From Methanoregula sp. (GTDB lineage: Archaea; Halobacteriota; Methanomicrobia; Methanomicrobiales; Methanospirillaceae), in the NCBI GenBank assembly GCA_052325125.1, contig JBKQWO010000028.1: a DNA stretch of 64,000 nucleotides; one strand, given 5' to 3'. Positions 28,225 through 37,078 of the stretch are shown here, piece after piece. The translations under genes were made by a program, and so were the position numbers. The notes beneath the pieces are model-generated. The model worked only from the letters and a program-made list of their open reading frames with translations. It was not told the DNA's origin and made no database searches. Position 1 is the stretch's first letter, and every line of letters starts with the position of its first letter.

Positions 28225-28467
28225 TCACATACGCAGGAAAATAAAACCGGAAATGATCACGATTAAACACACTATGAGGAGACCTGCAAAATACGTCAAA
28301 AACATTTTCTTTAATCTTTTTCCAAGGATGAATTTATCAACATAAGTTGATTCGATTTTTTCAATCTCGACAGCAATTCCCGCAAGGATTCCACCAATAA
28401 AACCCCCTATAGTTGATCCCCCTGCAACTATGAGAGCAATACCCCAGTCACTTGGTTGGATGGTCAT
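28225..28467 (-). CDS. hypothetical small membrane protein (two TM helices) in a low-GC patch
   Basis: 80 aa with an ATG start, a Gly-rich first TM (GIALIVAGGSTIGGFIGGILAGIAV) and a second TM at the C-terminus. Local GC is clearly lower than in the flanks. Confidence 0.5.
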   Translation of the reverse strand: MTIQPSDWGIALIVAGGSTIGGFIGGILAGIAVEIEKIESTYVDKFILGKRLKKMFLTYFAGLLIVCLIVIISGFIFLRM

Positions 28468-28822
28468 AATAAAGTGGATTGATTTATAGGAACTAAAAAT
28501 ATTGTTGAATAAATTCCACAGACCAGCATTGGAATGTAGCCCGCCGTGACCAAACGAGCACTCGCCCCCTCCGCCCCCTCGCGCTCGACGGGTGGCACGG
28601 CCACACCCGTCTCGCTAGGGGGAACAACCGGAGATCCCAATTCCCAGTTTTCTCAGCTGACACGTTGACCATCGGAAAGCCGCCCTGCCCCGCGAAGCGG
28701 GGAACTCTCACAATACGACCGAGCCCCATTCCGCCGACCGTGTGGGTCTAGCGGTGCGACCCGCGAAAGGGAGGCGGTGGTGGCGAAGGGCGGGATCGGC
28801 CACCTCGACCTCTCAAAAAATG

Positions 28823-29100
28823 GGTGGCCCCCCTCCCCCCACTGTGTGGTCCGCAAAAAAAGTGATCGGACCGATCAAATTCAAAACCGGTCGGGGTGAC
28901 CACTCTTGTTCCAGTATCCCGGCATGCGCTTCCACTGGAGGTTCAGACGAGACAGGGTGGTCGGACCGATCAAATTCAAAATCGATCGGTCTGACCGGTT
29001 TCAAAAATGATCGGGGCGACCCTCCGCACAAACGGATCAAAGGTAGCCCCCCATCCCCCACTTTGCATTCCGCAAAAAAAGTGATCGGACCGACCGATCA
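28823..29100. repeat. patchwork of direct repeats in a non-coding island
   Basis: 28823-28872 and 29042-29091 match at 43 of 50 positions, including the identical 20-mer gcaaaaaaagtgatcggacc. TCGGACCGATCAAATTCAAAA occurs at both 28865-28885 and 28960-28980. GATCGGGGYGACC occurs at about 28889 and 29009. Confidence 0.7.
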
Positions 29101-29154
29101 CAAAAGAGATCGCCCCGGCCCTGTATTCATGCGGGTAGGTGGTCCGGGTTTCCT

Positions 29155-29260
29155 AAAAAAATCTCCGGCTCAGTGATGGAAGATTAAAAAAAAAGATCCG
29201 GTCATGAGCTGAGGATTTTCAAAAAAAATCCGGTTGCGATCCGGCGGTTCCGGGAAAATT
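29155..29260. repeat. degenerate tandem units of ~32-35 nt, each starting with an A7-9 run followed by (G)ATC(T)CCGG
   Basis: The units start at 29155, 29186 and 29221. A fourth, close copy of unit 1 lies at 29791-29820 (aaaaaaatccggctcagcagctgatgagat). Confidence 0.6.
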
Positions 29261-29270
29261 CCTGTCCATC

Positions 29271-29525
29271 CCATGGGAGGGGGGTGTACTAACCCCCCAT
29301 GGACCCTGATCTGAGATATGCTATTCCGGGCCCGTATTGAGCCCGGATTCACCCTTTCGGGATCCAAACGGAGCCCGTATCGGGCTCCGTTTAAAAACAA
29401 GCCCATATTGGCCGTATTTCGGCAATCGGACGAAATAAAAAGTTCGCGTATTCGCGTTTGGAGGCCCGATCTCAGGCCCGGATGGGTTTTTGGTTGATCC
29501 CGGAAAAAGTGGCCCGTAATGGGCC
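29271..29525. repeat. array of six short GC-stem hairpins whose loops all contain GTAT/GTAA/GTAC
   Basis: Hairpins are at 29271-29302 (GGGGGG/CCCCCC stem, loop tgtactaa), 29326-29346 (CCGGGC/GCCCGG, loop ccgtattga), 29367-29391 (perfect 11-bp stem, loop tat), 29411-29423 (GCCG/CGGC, loop tattt), 29445-29456 (CGCG/CGCG, loop tatt) and 29511-29525 (GGCCC/GGGCC, loop gtaat). Confidence 0.6.
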
Positions 29526-29901
29526 TCTACGGGCCGTTTACGGGCATTATATGGGGCTCAATTTTGGCGTATTTTGGCAAACGGGGCAATTAAAACACGT
29601 ATTTTCCATGCGAACCAAAAAGGAGCGTTTTACGGGCGTATTTTTCGGGTATTACCAGGGAAAAGCATAAGCAATTCCGGCATGTGCCATCATCGATCGG
29701 TTCCCGCTCGTACGGGAACACCGATCAGCAGTACGTCGATTCTTTTCTTTTTTTTTAGAATAGATCGGATCGCAAGCCCGCAAATTCCGGAAAAAAATCC
29801 GGCTCAGCAGCTGATGAGATGGGCGTGATATGCAGAAAGGATGGTGGAAATACCCGGGAATTTTTTTTACCGGCCAGCAAATCTTAAGCTGCTAACCAAA
29901 G

Positions 29902-30804
29902 TTACAGAGCGAGCCGCACTTCCCGGGCAGCCTCAGCCATGTTCTTGAGTTTCCAGAACGCGGACTCCCGGGACCGCATCCGCAGGCCGCAGTCGGGGTC
30001 CACGAGCAGGGATTTCGCCCCGAAGATTTCGACTCCTTTCTCAATCCGCTTTTTGATCTCTGCAACCGGCTCAACCGCCTCGACACCTGAATCCACGCAG
30101 CCGTAGCCGATCATCCGGCCCGCAAGGTCCCGGGAGCCAAAGAGGGCGAGGTTCGCGGGGTTCTTCGAGAACTCGAAGTCCAGAACGTTCACGTTGATTT
30201 TGAGGATATCGTCGATGACGGTTTCGAGCCCGCCGCAGACATGCATGCAGGTCGGGATTTTTACCGCGCCCGCGATCAGTTCCACGGCTTGCTTTCCCAC
30301 GGCAAGATCGGCGACCCCGGTCGAGAAGATCGGCTCGTCGATCTGGATGAGCGTGGCGCCGGCCGCTTCGAGGTACCGGGCCTCAACGGCAAGGGCCGCC
30401 GCGAGGTCGAGGGCCAGCTCTTCCTTGTTCCGGTACATCGGCGTGCTGATGTGGAGGCCATGGGCGAGCGTGGACGGGCCGGTGATGATGCCCTTGACGT
30501 ACGGCGATTTGGACCGGGCGTATTTTGTGTCCGCTGCGGTGATCGCCCCCGAGGCCGGCTGGATCTTCCCCACCACATCCTGGCCTTTGATCCCGGGCAG
30601 TTTACCGGAGAATGCCTGGATCATGTCGCCCCGGACCTGGCCGTCAGAGATAATGTCGATGCCGGCTGCGAGCTGGTCGGCAACAGCGGTCTCGACCGCA
30701 GGTTTCAGGGTATCAAAAAGGGCTTTGAGTCCGGTGCCTTTGACCACCGGGTAACTCCCCACCACCGTTGTCGCAAGGACCTTGTTGATGAAATACGCTT
30801 TCAT
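29902..30804 (-). CDS. metE: archaeal short MetE-like methionine synthase (methylcobalamin:homocysteine methyltransferase family)
   Basis: 300 aa corresponding to the MetE C-terminal catalytic domain (TTVVGSYP, DGQVRGDM, IQIDEP, HVCGG, VDPDCGL). Confidence 0.75.
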   Translation of the reverse strand: MKAYFINKVLATTVVGSYPVVKGTGLKALFDTLKPAVETAVADQLAAGIDIISDGQVRGDMIQAFSGKLPGIKGQDVVGKIQPASGAITAADTKYARSKSPYVKGIITGPSTLAHGLHISTPMYRNKEELALDLAAALAVEARYLEAAGATLIQIDEPIFSTGVADLAVGKQAVELIAGAVKIPTCMHVCGGLETVIDDILKINVNVLDFEFSKNPANLALFGSRDLAGRMIGYGCVDSGVEAVEPVAEIKKRIEKGVEIFGAKSLLVDPDCGLRMRSRESAFWKLKNMAEAAREVRLAL

Positions 30805-32093
30805 GGCACGAGCCGGTGCATGTCTCGCGGGAAGAGGACTGCTTCACGGACGTTTGACAGCCCGAGCATGGTCATGATCAGCCGTTCAGCGCCAAGCCCC
30901 CATCCCGCGTGGGGCGGCATCCCGTACCGGAACGGGCGCAGGTAGAACTCGAAACTCTCGGGGTTGAGGCCCTTCTTTTTGATCTGCTGCACGAGCAGGT
31001 CGTACTGGTGGATGCGCTCTGCGCCGCTCGAGAGTTCCATCCTCGGGTGCATGAGGTCGAATGCCTTGCAGACGGACGGGTCGTCCTCATACGGCATCGC
31101 GTAGTAGGGCCGTATTTCGGTCGGCCAGTCGGTGATGAAGTAGTGGGCGCCCATCTCGTCGCCGATCGCGTGTTCTGCGGCGGCGGAAATGTCATCGCCA
31201 TACTTGATCGGTTCGCTGCACGATCTCTGTGCGATCCCGATCGCCTCACTGTAGGGCAGCCGTGTGAACGGGGCTTTGGGCACGGCAAAGTCAGTGCATT
31301 CGAGGTTTGCCAGCTGGTCGCTGCAGGACCGGTTCACGTACTCGTAAATCTTCACGATCAGATCTTCGAGAATCTTCATGACCTCGTTATGATCTGCGTA
31401 CGAGACCTCGATGTCGATACTTGTTGCCTCGTTGAGGTGCTTGGTGGTGTTGTGCTCTTCTGCCCTGAAAATCGGCCCAATCTCGCAGACCTTCTCAAAG
31501 CCGCCCGCCATCATCATCTGCTTGTAGAGCTGCGGGCTCTGGTTCAAAAACGCCTCTTTGTCGAAGTACGCGATGGGGAAGAGCTCGGTGCCGCCCTCGG
31601 TTGCGGCGGCCACGATCTTCGGGGTGGTGATGCTGATGTAGCCTTCCTTGTGGAAGAAATTGTGGGCCGCGTGCATCGCAGCGCTCCGGATCTGGAAGAC
31701 TGCGGCTACCCGGGGCCGGCGCACATCGAGGAACCGGGCATCCAGCCGGGTATCGAGCTCCGCCCCGACTTTCTCAGAGACATCAAGGGGCAGCGGGGTT
31801 TCGGCAAGGCTGATGATCTCGAACGAGTCCGGAACGATCTCCCTGCCACCCGGCGCTTTTTCTACGGCTTTTACCGTGCCGGCAATCCTGACCACGGATT
31901 CCCGGGACACTTTCTTTGCAGCGTCAAGAACCGCTTCTGATACTTTCTTTTTCGGGATAGTCACCTGGATGATACCGGTCCGGTCGCGGATCAAAAAGAA
32001 TGCGAGTCCCCCGAGGTCTCTCTCCTCATGGACCCATCCGCAGACTTCTGCATGGCCGGTATCGGGCGTGACTGATTGTATGGGTATACGCAT
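30801..32093 (-). CDS. aspS: aspartyl-tRNA synthetase (archaeal type)
   Basis: It has an OB anticodon-binding domain ([17 protein letters not shown]) and class II motifs ([23 protein letters not shown]). The first ATG is at 32093; the track start at 32096 is TTG. Its stop overlaps the metE start as ATGA. Confidence 0.9.
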   Translation of the reverse strand: MRIPIQSVTPDTGHAEVCGWVHEERDLGGLAFFLIRDRTGIIQVTIPKKKVSEAVLDAAKKVSRESVVRIAGTVKAVEKAPGGREIVPDSFEIISLAETPLPLDVSEKVGAELDTRLDARFLDVRRPRVAAVFQIRSAAMHAAHNFFHKEGYISITTPKIVAAATEGGTELFPIAYFDKEAFLNQSPQLYKQMMMAGGFEKVCEIGPIFRAEEHNTTKHLNEATSIDIEVSYADHNEVMKILEDLIVKIYEYVNRSCSDQLANLECTDFAVPKAPFTRLPYSEAIGIAQRSCSEPIKYGDDISAAAEHAIGDEMGAHYFITDWPTEIRPYYAMPYEDDPSVCKAFDLMHPRMELSSGAERIHQYDLLVQQIKKKGLNPESFEFYLRPFRYGMPPHAGWGLGAERLIMTMLGLSNVREAVLFPRDMHRLVP

Positions 32094-32280
32094 CAAAATC
32101 GTAGTACAATAGGAAGGGAGGGATAATGGATTTTATGGGAAAGAGCCGGGTTCGATCGTTTGCGTACGTATGCCAAAGGGGAGCGATCCGGGACGCAGGG
32201 AGCGTGTGCGCTTCTGGCCGGAACAGGCTCCGGCCGACCTATCCTCCATGTTTATCGCCCGTCCCGGAGAACATGATAGT

Positions 32281-32790
32281 ATGACGGACCGATCTCCCCA
32301 CCCGGCCGGCCGCAGCGATGGCGGTTTGCAGAACAGAACGAAGATCATCCTGGGCATTCTTGCCGGCCTCGTGATCGTGATCGCTGTTGCCGCGGTCCTG
32401 ACATTCACGATGACCGTCACCACCGGCACCTCCGGGGTGTCGCTCCCGTTTGAGACGCACTATGCGGTCTCCTTCCCGGACGGGAATGCGGTCACGATCG
32501 GGAGCAGCCGGATCGCGGTGATGGCATACAACGGCTCGGTCATCACCGAGGCAGATGGCAACCGCGAGCAGCTGGCCGTTGGCCAAACCCGAATCATCAG
32601 CCCGCGGCACGCGACGATCTCGATCTTCGGTATTCCCCTCTATAGCGCCGATTTCCAGATCACGCTGCAGTACCTGGGCTCGACCGGCACGAAGGATAAT
32701 TTCGACCTGACCGTGGCGGCATCGCAGAAGATCCCGTCCTTCCTGCTTGACCGGCTGGTGCCATCGACCGTAAAGGCAACGCCGGTCTGA
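32281..32790 (+). CDS. hypothetical membrane-anchored protein
   Basis: ORF 32170..32790 trimmed to the ATG at 32281. It has a single N-terminal TM (IILGILAGLVIVIAVAAVLTF) followed by a beta-rich extracellular region. No family was recognised. Confidence 0.55.
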   Translation: MTDRSPHPAGRSDGGLQNRTKIILGILAGLVIVIAVAAVLTFTMTVTTGTSGVSLPFETHYAVSFPDGNAVTIGSSRIAVMAYNGSVITEADGNREQLAVGQTRIISPRHATISIFGIPLYSADFQITLQYLGSTGTKDNFDLTVAASQKIPSFLLDRLVPSTVKATPV

Positions 32791-32930
32791 AGGTGTTTGC
32801 GTAAAAAAACGATCCGATATTTTTGATCTGTTCGTGGATGCCGGGACACCTCTTTTTTGGGATGTTCTTACCCATACGAGGACCGGTTCAGGCAGGCCTG
32901 GGGGAGGGACCGGGGGGACTTTAAGTCCGG

Positions 32931-33845
32931 CTATTCCTTCTCCAGGGTCTCCTTTGCGTCCATCAGGTGCCGGATCTGCTCATCAGAGTACTTCGGATAC
33001 GAAAGATTCAGCCCTTCGATGGCCGAAGTGATAGCCTCGGCGACAATAGTGCGGGCCATCCACTTGTGATCGGCAGGCACGATAAACCACGGGGCATATT
33101 TTGTTGAAGTGGCGGCGAGCATCTCCTCGTAGGCAACCAGGTAATCGTTCCAGTACTCGCGCTCTGCGATATCCGAGACCGAGAATTTCCAGTATTTTTC
33201 CTTGTGGTCGAGCCGGTCGAGCAGCCTGAGTTTCTGCTCGTCTTTTGAGATGTGAAGGAAGAATTTCAGGACTATCGTACCGTTACGCACCAGGTGCTTT
33301 TCAAAGGCGTTGATATCCTTGTAACGGTCGTCCCAGAACCCTTCCGCATCCGGGCCGATCGTTTCCGGGAGTTCTTCCATGCGTTCAGGATGCACGTGGA
33401 CGACGAGCACGTCCTCGTAGTAGGAACGGTTGAAGATGCCAATCATCCCGCGTTCGGGCAGCGCCCTCTCGTACCGCCAGAGGAAATCGTGCAGGTGATC
33501 TTCGACATCCGGCACCTTGAACGAATGCACATCGCACCCCTGGGGGTTCACACCGGACATCACGTGCCGGATCGTGCCGTCTTTTCCTGCCGTGTCCATC
33601 CCCTGGAGCACGATCAGGATGCCGTACTTGTGGGATGCGGCAAGGAGCTCCTGTGCTGCAAAGAGCTCTTTTTGATCTTTTTCCAGGACCTCTTTGAGGA
33701 GATCGTCTACCACCTCTTCAGGCTTGTTCCTGAACGATTCGTGCTGCACCCAGCCGGTTTCAAAATTTTTCAACCGGATTTTCTTTTCCGGCCCGACGAT
33801 GAATTTTTTCAGGTACTTTCTGACCGCTGGCCCGCTGATGTCCAT
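32931..33845 (-). CDS. ppk2: polyphosphate kinase 2 family protein (single PPK2 domain)
   Basis: 304 aa with the PPK2 Walker A (VLQGMDTAGKDGTIRHV), FNRSYYEDVLVVHVH and lid-region motifs. Confidence 0.85.
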   Translation of the reverse strand: MDISGPAVRKYLKKFIVGPEKKIRLKNFETGWVQHESFRNKPEEVVDDLLKEVLEKDQKELFAAQELLAASHKYGILIVLQGMDTAGKDGTIRHVMSGVNPQGCDVHSFKVPDVEDHLHDFLWRYERALPERGMIGIFNRSYYEDVLVVHVHPERMEELPETIGPDAEGFWDDRYKDINAFEKHLVRNGTIVLKFFLHISKDEQKLRLLDRLDHKEKYWKFSVSDIAEREYWNDYLVAYEEMLAATSTKYAPWFIVPADHKWMARTIVAEAITSAIEGLNLSYPKYSDEQIRHLMDAKETLEKE

Positions 33846-34080
33846 ATCCCGATACCCCGGTCATCTGTTGTCTGTGAAGGTTCAAAGGATTTCTTATGCG
33901 ATCCGCCTGGTGCACGTACGCACGCCCCATGGTGCCGGTGATCGGGATGAACGACCCAAAGGACAGATTAAAAAAAAAAGCCGCAAACCGGTCCGGTAAT
34001 TTTTTTAAAAGTTCATGTGTGGTTCCGGCATTTTTTTTATCCCGGTTCTGACGTGACACTGGTCGTAATTGTTTGTAACC

Positions 34081-34118
34081 TTACCGCTGGTCGGTAAAGT
34101 TACCGCTGGGCTGCAAAG
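34081..34118. repeat. tandem 19-nt direct repeat (2 copies plus a partial third)
   Basis: ttaccgctggtcggtaaag (34081-34099) and ttaccgctgggctgcaaag (34100-34118) match at 16 of 19 positions, followed by ttaag. It lies between the ruvB stop and the ppk2 start. Confidence 0.6.
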
Positions 34119-34153
34119 TTAAGTAGTGTGGATTTGGGGTTTTTCAGAAAACT

Positions 34154-34177
34154 CCGGGACCCATCCCGGGCTTTTTT
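34154..34177. terminator. hairpin plus T-run downstream of ruvB (candidate terminator; strand ambiguous)
   Basis: CCGGGA-ccca-TCCCGG (34154-34169) is followed on the plus strand by cttttttg. On the minus strand it is followed by gttttctg, 45 nt after the ruvB stop. Confidence 0.3.
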
Positions 34178-34221
34178 GCCAAGCTGGCCCGGAACAAAAC
34201 GATGGATCTCCCATCCCCCTT

Positions 34222-35229
34222 TCAGAACAGGGTTTTCTGGGTGTGGTTCAGCCTGAGGTGCTGTTGTGCGGCGGGCGTGGTCTCCCGGCCCTGCGGTGTC
34301 CGTTTTACAAACCCGATCTGGATGAGATAGGGTTCATAGACCTCTTCTATCGTCCTGACTTCTTCACCTACAGAGATTGCGATCGTCTTCGCCCCGACCG
34401 GGCCGCCACCGAAATCCTCTGCAATGACCGAAATGATGCGCCGGTCGATATCGTCCAGCCCGAGTTCGTCGATCTGGAGCAGTTCAAGCCCGTCCTTTGC
34501 AATATCAGCGGTGATCGTCCCGTCACCTTTTACCACGGCAAAGTCCCTCACCCTCCGCAGGAGCCGGTTACCGATTCGAGGCGTGCCCCGGCTCCGGGCG
34601 GCGATCTCTGCCGCCCCTTCCGGCGTGATCGGGATTTTTAAGATCGCCGCGCTCCGGGTCACGATCCTGACAAGGTCTTCAGGAGAATACAGGTTCAGGC
34701 GCACGATGATCCCGAACCGGTCCCGGAATGGCGAACTTAAGAGGCCCTGGCGGGTCGTCGCGCCGATCAGCGTGAAGTGTTCGAGCGTCAGCTTGATCGA
34801 GCGGGCGCTGGGCCCCTCCCCAATCATCACATCGATAAAGAAATCCTCCATTGCAGGGTAGAGGATCTCCTCGACGACCGGGTTCATGCGATGGATTTCG
34901 TCGATGAAGAGCACATCGCCCCTCTTGAGCGCGGTGAGAAGAGCTGCCATGTCCCCGGGTTTTTCGAGCACAGGGCCGGTGGTGGCCCGTATCGCCGCGC
35001 CCATCTCGCGGGCGATGATATGGGCAAGGGTGGTCTTCCCCAGGCCCGGCGGCCCGGCAAACAGGATGTGATCGATCGGCTCGCCCCGCTGCCGCGCGGC
35101 CGCGATCGCGATCCGCAGCGCATTCTTCGCCGGTTCCTGCCCGACGAATGCATCGAGCGTTGCCGGCCGTAACGTAATGTCCTCCGGATCGTCGGTGACC
35201 GGTTCCGGGGAGATCACCCGTTCGCTCAC
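34222..35229 (-). CDS. ruvB: Holliday junction branch-migration ATPase RuvB (bacterial type)
   Basis: 335 aa with [16 protein letters not shown], Walker [15 protein letters not shown], Walker [10 protein letters not shown], sensor motifs and a C-terminal winged helix. The GTG start overlaps the ruvA stop (GTGA). Confidence 0.9.
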   Translation of the reverse strand: MSERVISPEPVTDDPEDITLRPATLDAFVGQEPAKNALRIAIAAARQRGEPIDHILFAGPPGLGKTTLAHIIAREMGAAIRATTGPVLEKPGDMAALLTALKRGDVLFIDEIHRMNPVVEEILYPAMEDFFIDVMIGEGPSARSIKLTLEHFTLIGATTRQGLLSSPFRDRFGIIVRLNLYSPEDLVRIVTRSAAILKIPITPEGAAEIAARSRGTPRIGNRLLRRVRDFAVVKGDGTITADIAKDGLELLQIDELGLDDIDRRIISVIAEDFGGGPVGAKTIAISVGEEVRTIEEVYEPYLIQIGFVKRTPQGRETTPAAQQHLRLNHTQKTLF

Positions 35230-35834
35230 CGCTGTCCTCCCTCCCTGAGGCGCAGGAGTGCCGCCTTGATGAGGTCCTGTATCGGGGGTGAGGAGGCGAG
35301 CCCTTTGGCCGCATCCTTTACCGCATCATATGAGGCGTTCTCCTCAAACCCGAGCGAGACAAGGGCACTGGCCGCGTCCCGGATGGCCTGCTCGTTTTTC
35401 CCGGTCATGGTCGGTGCCATGGCGGCCTGCACTTTTTTCATCTTATCCCTCAGTTCGAGGATCAGCCGTTTCGCCCCCTTTTGTCCGATGCCCGAAATCC
35501 TCGTCAGGCTTTTTTCATCTTCGGAAAGGATGGCAAGGACGAAGCCCTCAAGCGTGATCTGGGAGAGGATGTTGAGGGCAATCTGCGGGCCGATGCCGGA
35601 GACACCCAGAAGGACGGCAAACATCTCGCGCTCGCTCTCGTACAAAAACCCGTACAGCGTTATTGCGTCTTCGCGTACGGCCATGTACGTGTGAAGTTTT
35701 ACCGTCCCGGGCGCATGGGCGATCTCGCGGACCTCCGGTTCCGGCACGTTTACCCTATAGCCGATACCATTGACTTCCAGCACTACCCACCGGTCACCGG
35801 CCATGACAGGTTTTCCGTCCAGGTACGCGATCAT
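35226..35834 (-). CDS. ruvA: Holliday junction DNA-binding protein RuvA (bacterial type)
   Basis: 202 aa with an N-terminal OB ([31 protein letters not shown]), HhH motifs ([25 protein letters not shown]) and a C-terminal domain III. Confidence 0.85.
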   Translation of the reverse strand: MIAYLDGKPVMAGDRWVVLEVNGIGYRVNVPEPEVREIAHAPGTVKLHTYMAVREDAITLYGFLYESEREMFAVLLGVSGIGPQIALNILSQITLEGFVLAILSEDEKSLTRISGIGQKGAKRLILELRDKMKKVQAAMAPTMTGKNEQAIRDAASALVSLGFEENASYDAVKDAAKGLASSPPIQDLIKAALLRLREGGQR

Positions 35835-35838
35835 TGTA

Positions 35839-36309
35839 CTATCTCATGACGTGGATATGACATAAGGCAATCGAAAGGCCGTCTGCGGCGTCGTCAGGCT
35901 GCGGGACCTCGTCAAGGTGGAGGAGCCGGGTAATCATCTGTTGCACCTGGGCTTTGTCCGCACGGCCCGATCCGGTGACAGCCTGCTTGATCTGATTGGG
36001 CGTATACTCCGTTACCGGGATCTGCCGCTGCTCCGCTGCAAGGAGGACAATCCCCCGCACTTCGCTGACACCCATGGCCGAAGTGATATTTCTGGAAAAA
36101 AAGAGTTTCTCCATCGCAAGAGCATCCGGTGGATAGCGATCGAACAGGGACTGGAGGCCGGTGTAGATCGCGAGCAGGCGCTCTGCCGGGCGGGTCCCGG
36201 CCGGTGTCTCGATACACCCGTAGCAGACCGGAACGGTACTGCCCCGGTCCACCCGGATCACACCGTACCCGAGTCGTGCAAGCCCGGGATCGATCCCTGT
36301 GACGATCAT
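35839..36309 (-). CDS. ruvC: crossover junction endodeoxyribonuclease RuvC (bacterial type)
   Basis: 156 aa. MIVTGIDPGLARLGYGVI, AMEKLFF and PQPDDAADGLSIALCH supply the RuvC acidic catalytic residues. Confidence 0.85.
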   Translation of the reverse strand: MIVTGIDPGLARLGYGVIRVDRGSTVPVCYGCIETPAGTRPAERLLAIYTGLQSLFDRYPPDALAMEKLFFSRNITSAMGVSEVRGIVLLAAEQRQIPVTEYTPNQIKQAVTGSGRADKAQVQQMITRLLHLDEVPQPDDAADGLSIALCHIHVMR

Positions 36310-36484
36310 GAACCAACGATCTCCTGGTAGTACCTAGTGTTACGACACCCGCCCATAAAACATTCTGTACGGTCACCCGTTGTAAAAGGATGGCGTTGGG
36401 CGCAGTCCCGGGGATGTGCACCGGGACATGATGAAGGATAAATTCTATCTAGGGTGGAGTATAACAGGGGAATAGTGGTGATTT

Positions 36485-37078
36485 ATGAAGAATATCAGGC
36501 GTCCGACCTATTCATTCCTCCTCCTTGTGATCGGGCTTATCCTCGTCAACACGCTGCTGGCATGGTTTTCCCTTAAGGTTTCCCGTTTCATCAGTCCCTC
36601 TCTTCCCACCGGTGTCGCGGCAATCTATATTGCCGCCGCTTTCATGCTGATCTTTGCGCTCTGGTTTGGCATGTACGGCGTGATTGCCGCGTACGTGGGA
36701 TGCTTCTTTGGCTCCGGGCTCCTTGCCGGGATGCCGGCGAGTGTAGCAGTCTACTTCTCGCTTGCAAACCTCTGGCAGGTCCTTATCCCCCTTGCCGCAT
36801 TCCGCATTTTTGACGTGAATGTGGGCATTGAGTCCCGCCGCGACCTCTTCCATCTCGTCCTGTTCGGGGTGGTTCTCAACAACATTATCGGGGCGGCGTG
36901 GGGTTCGGCAGCGCTGGCAATCGGAGGGCTTATTGCATGGTCCCAGGTTGGGTCCGCGTTCACCTCATGGCTGGTGGGAAATGCTCTCATAACGATCATC
37001 ATCGTCCCGCTGGTGCTCCACTATGGTACATCAGGGGTCGGGAAATCGAAAGTCTTTGTAAAAAATTACTGGTTTTAA
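36485..37078 (+). CDS. hypothetical polytopic membrane protein (about 6 TM)
   Basis: 197 aa, ATG start, hydrophobic throughout. No family was recognised. Confidence 0.6.
   Translation: MKNIRRPTYSFLLLVIGLILVNTLLAWFSLKVSRFISPSLPTGVAAIYIAAAFMLIFALWFGMYGVIAAYVGCFFGSGLLAGMPASVAVYFSLANLWQVLIPLAAFRIFDVNVGIESRRDLFHLVLFGVVLNNIIGAAWGSAALAIGGLIAWSQVGSAFTSWLVGNALITIIIVPLVLHYGTSGVGKSKVFVKNYWF

Noticed and set aside
28541-28815. SRP (7S) RNA or RNase P RNA
   Set aside because: A superficial resemblance (GGGAGGCGGUGG, GNRA-like loops) prompted a check. However, the universally conserved RNase P CR-I/CR-IV words and the SRP helix-8 GGAA-tetraloop/AGCA motif are absent on both strands. I kept it only as an unclassified candidate in the findings.
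28742-29176. 144-aa plus-strand ORF and its neighbours (28493..28729, 28653..28856, 28813..29061, 29170..29406, 29458..29670, 29574..29828) in the non-coding island
   Set aside because: Their apparent internal repeats merely translate the DNA repeats. Their composition is dominated by G, P, R, S and K from C, G and A runs. The frames overlap on both strands and no family motif is present.
28820-29260. Degenerate CRISPR-like array
   Set aside because: The repeated units differ in sequence and length, spacing is irregular, and no unique spacer-like segments of constant size separate them.
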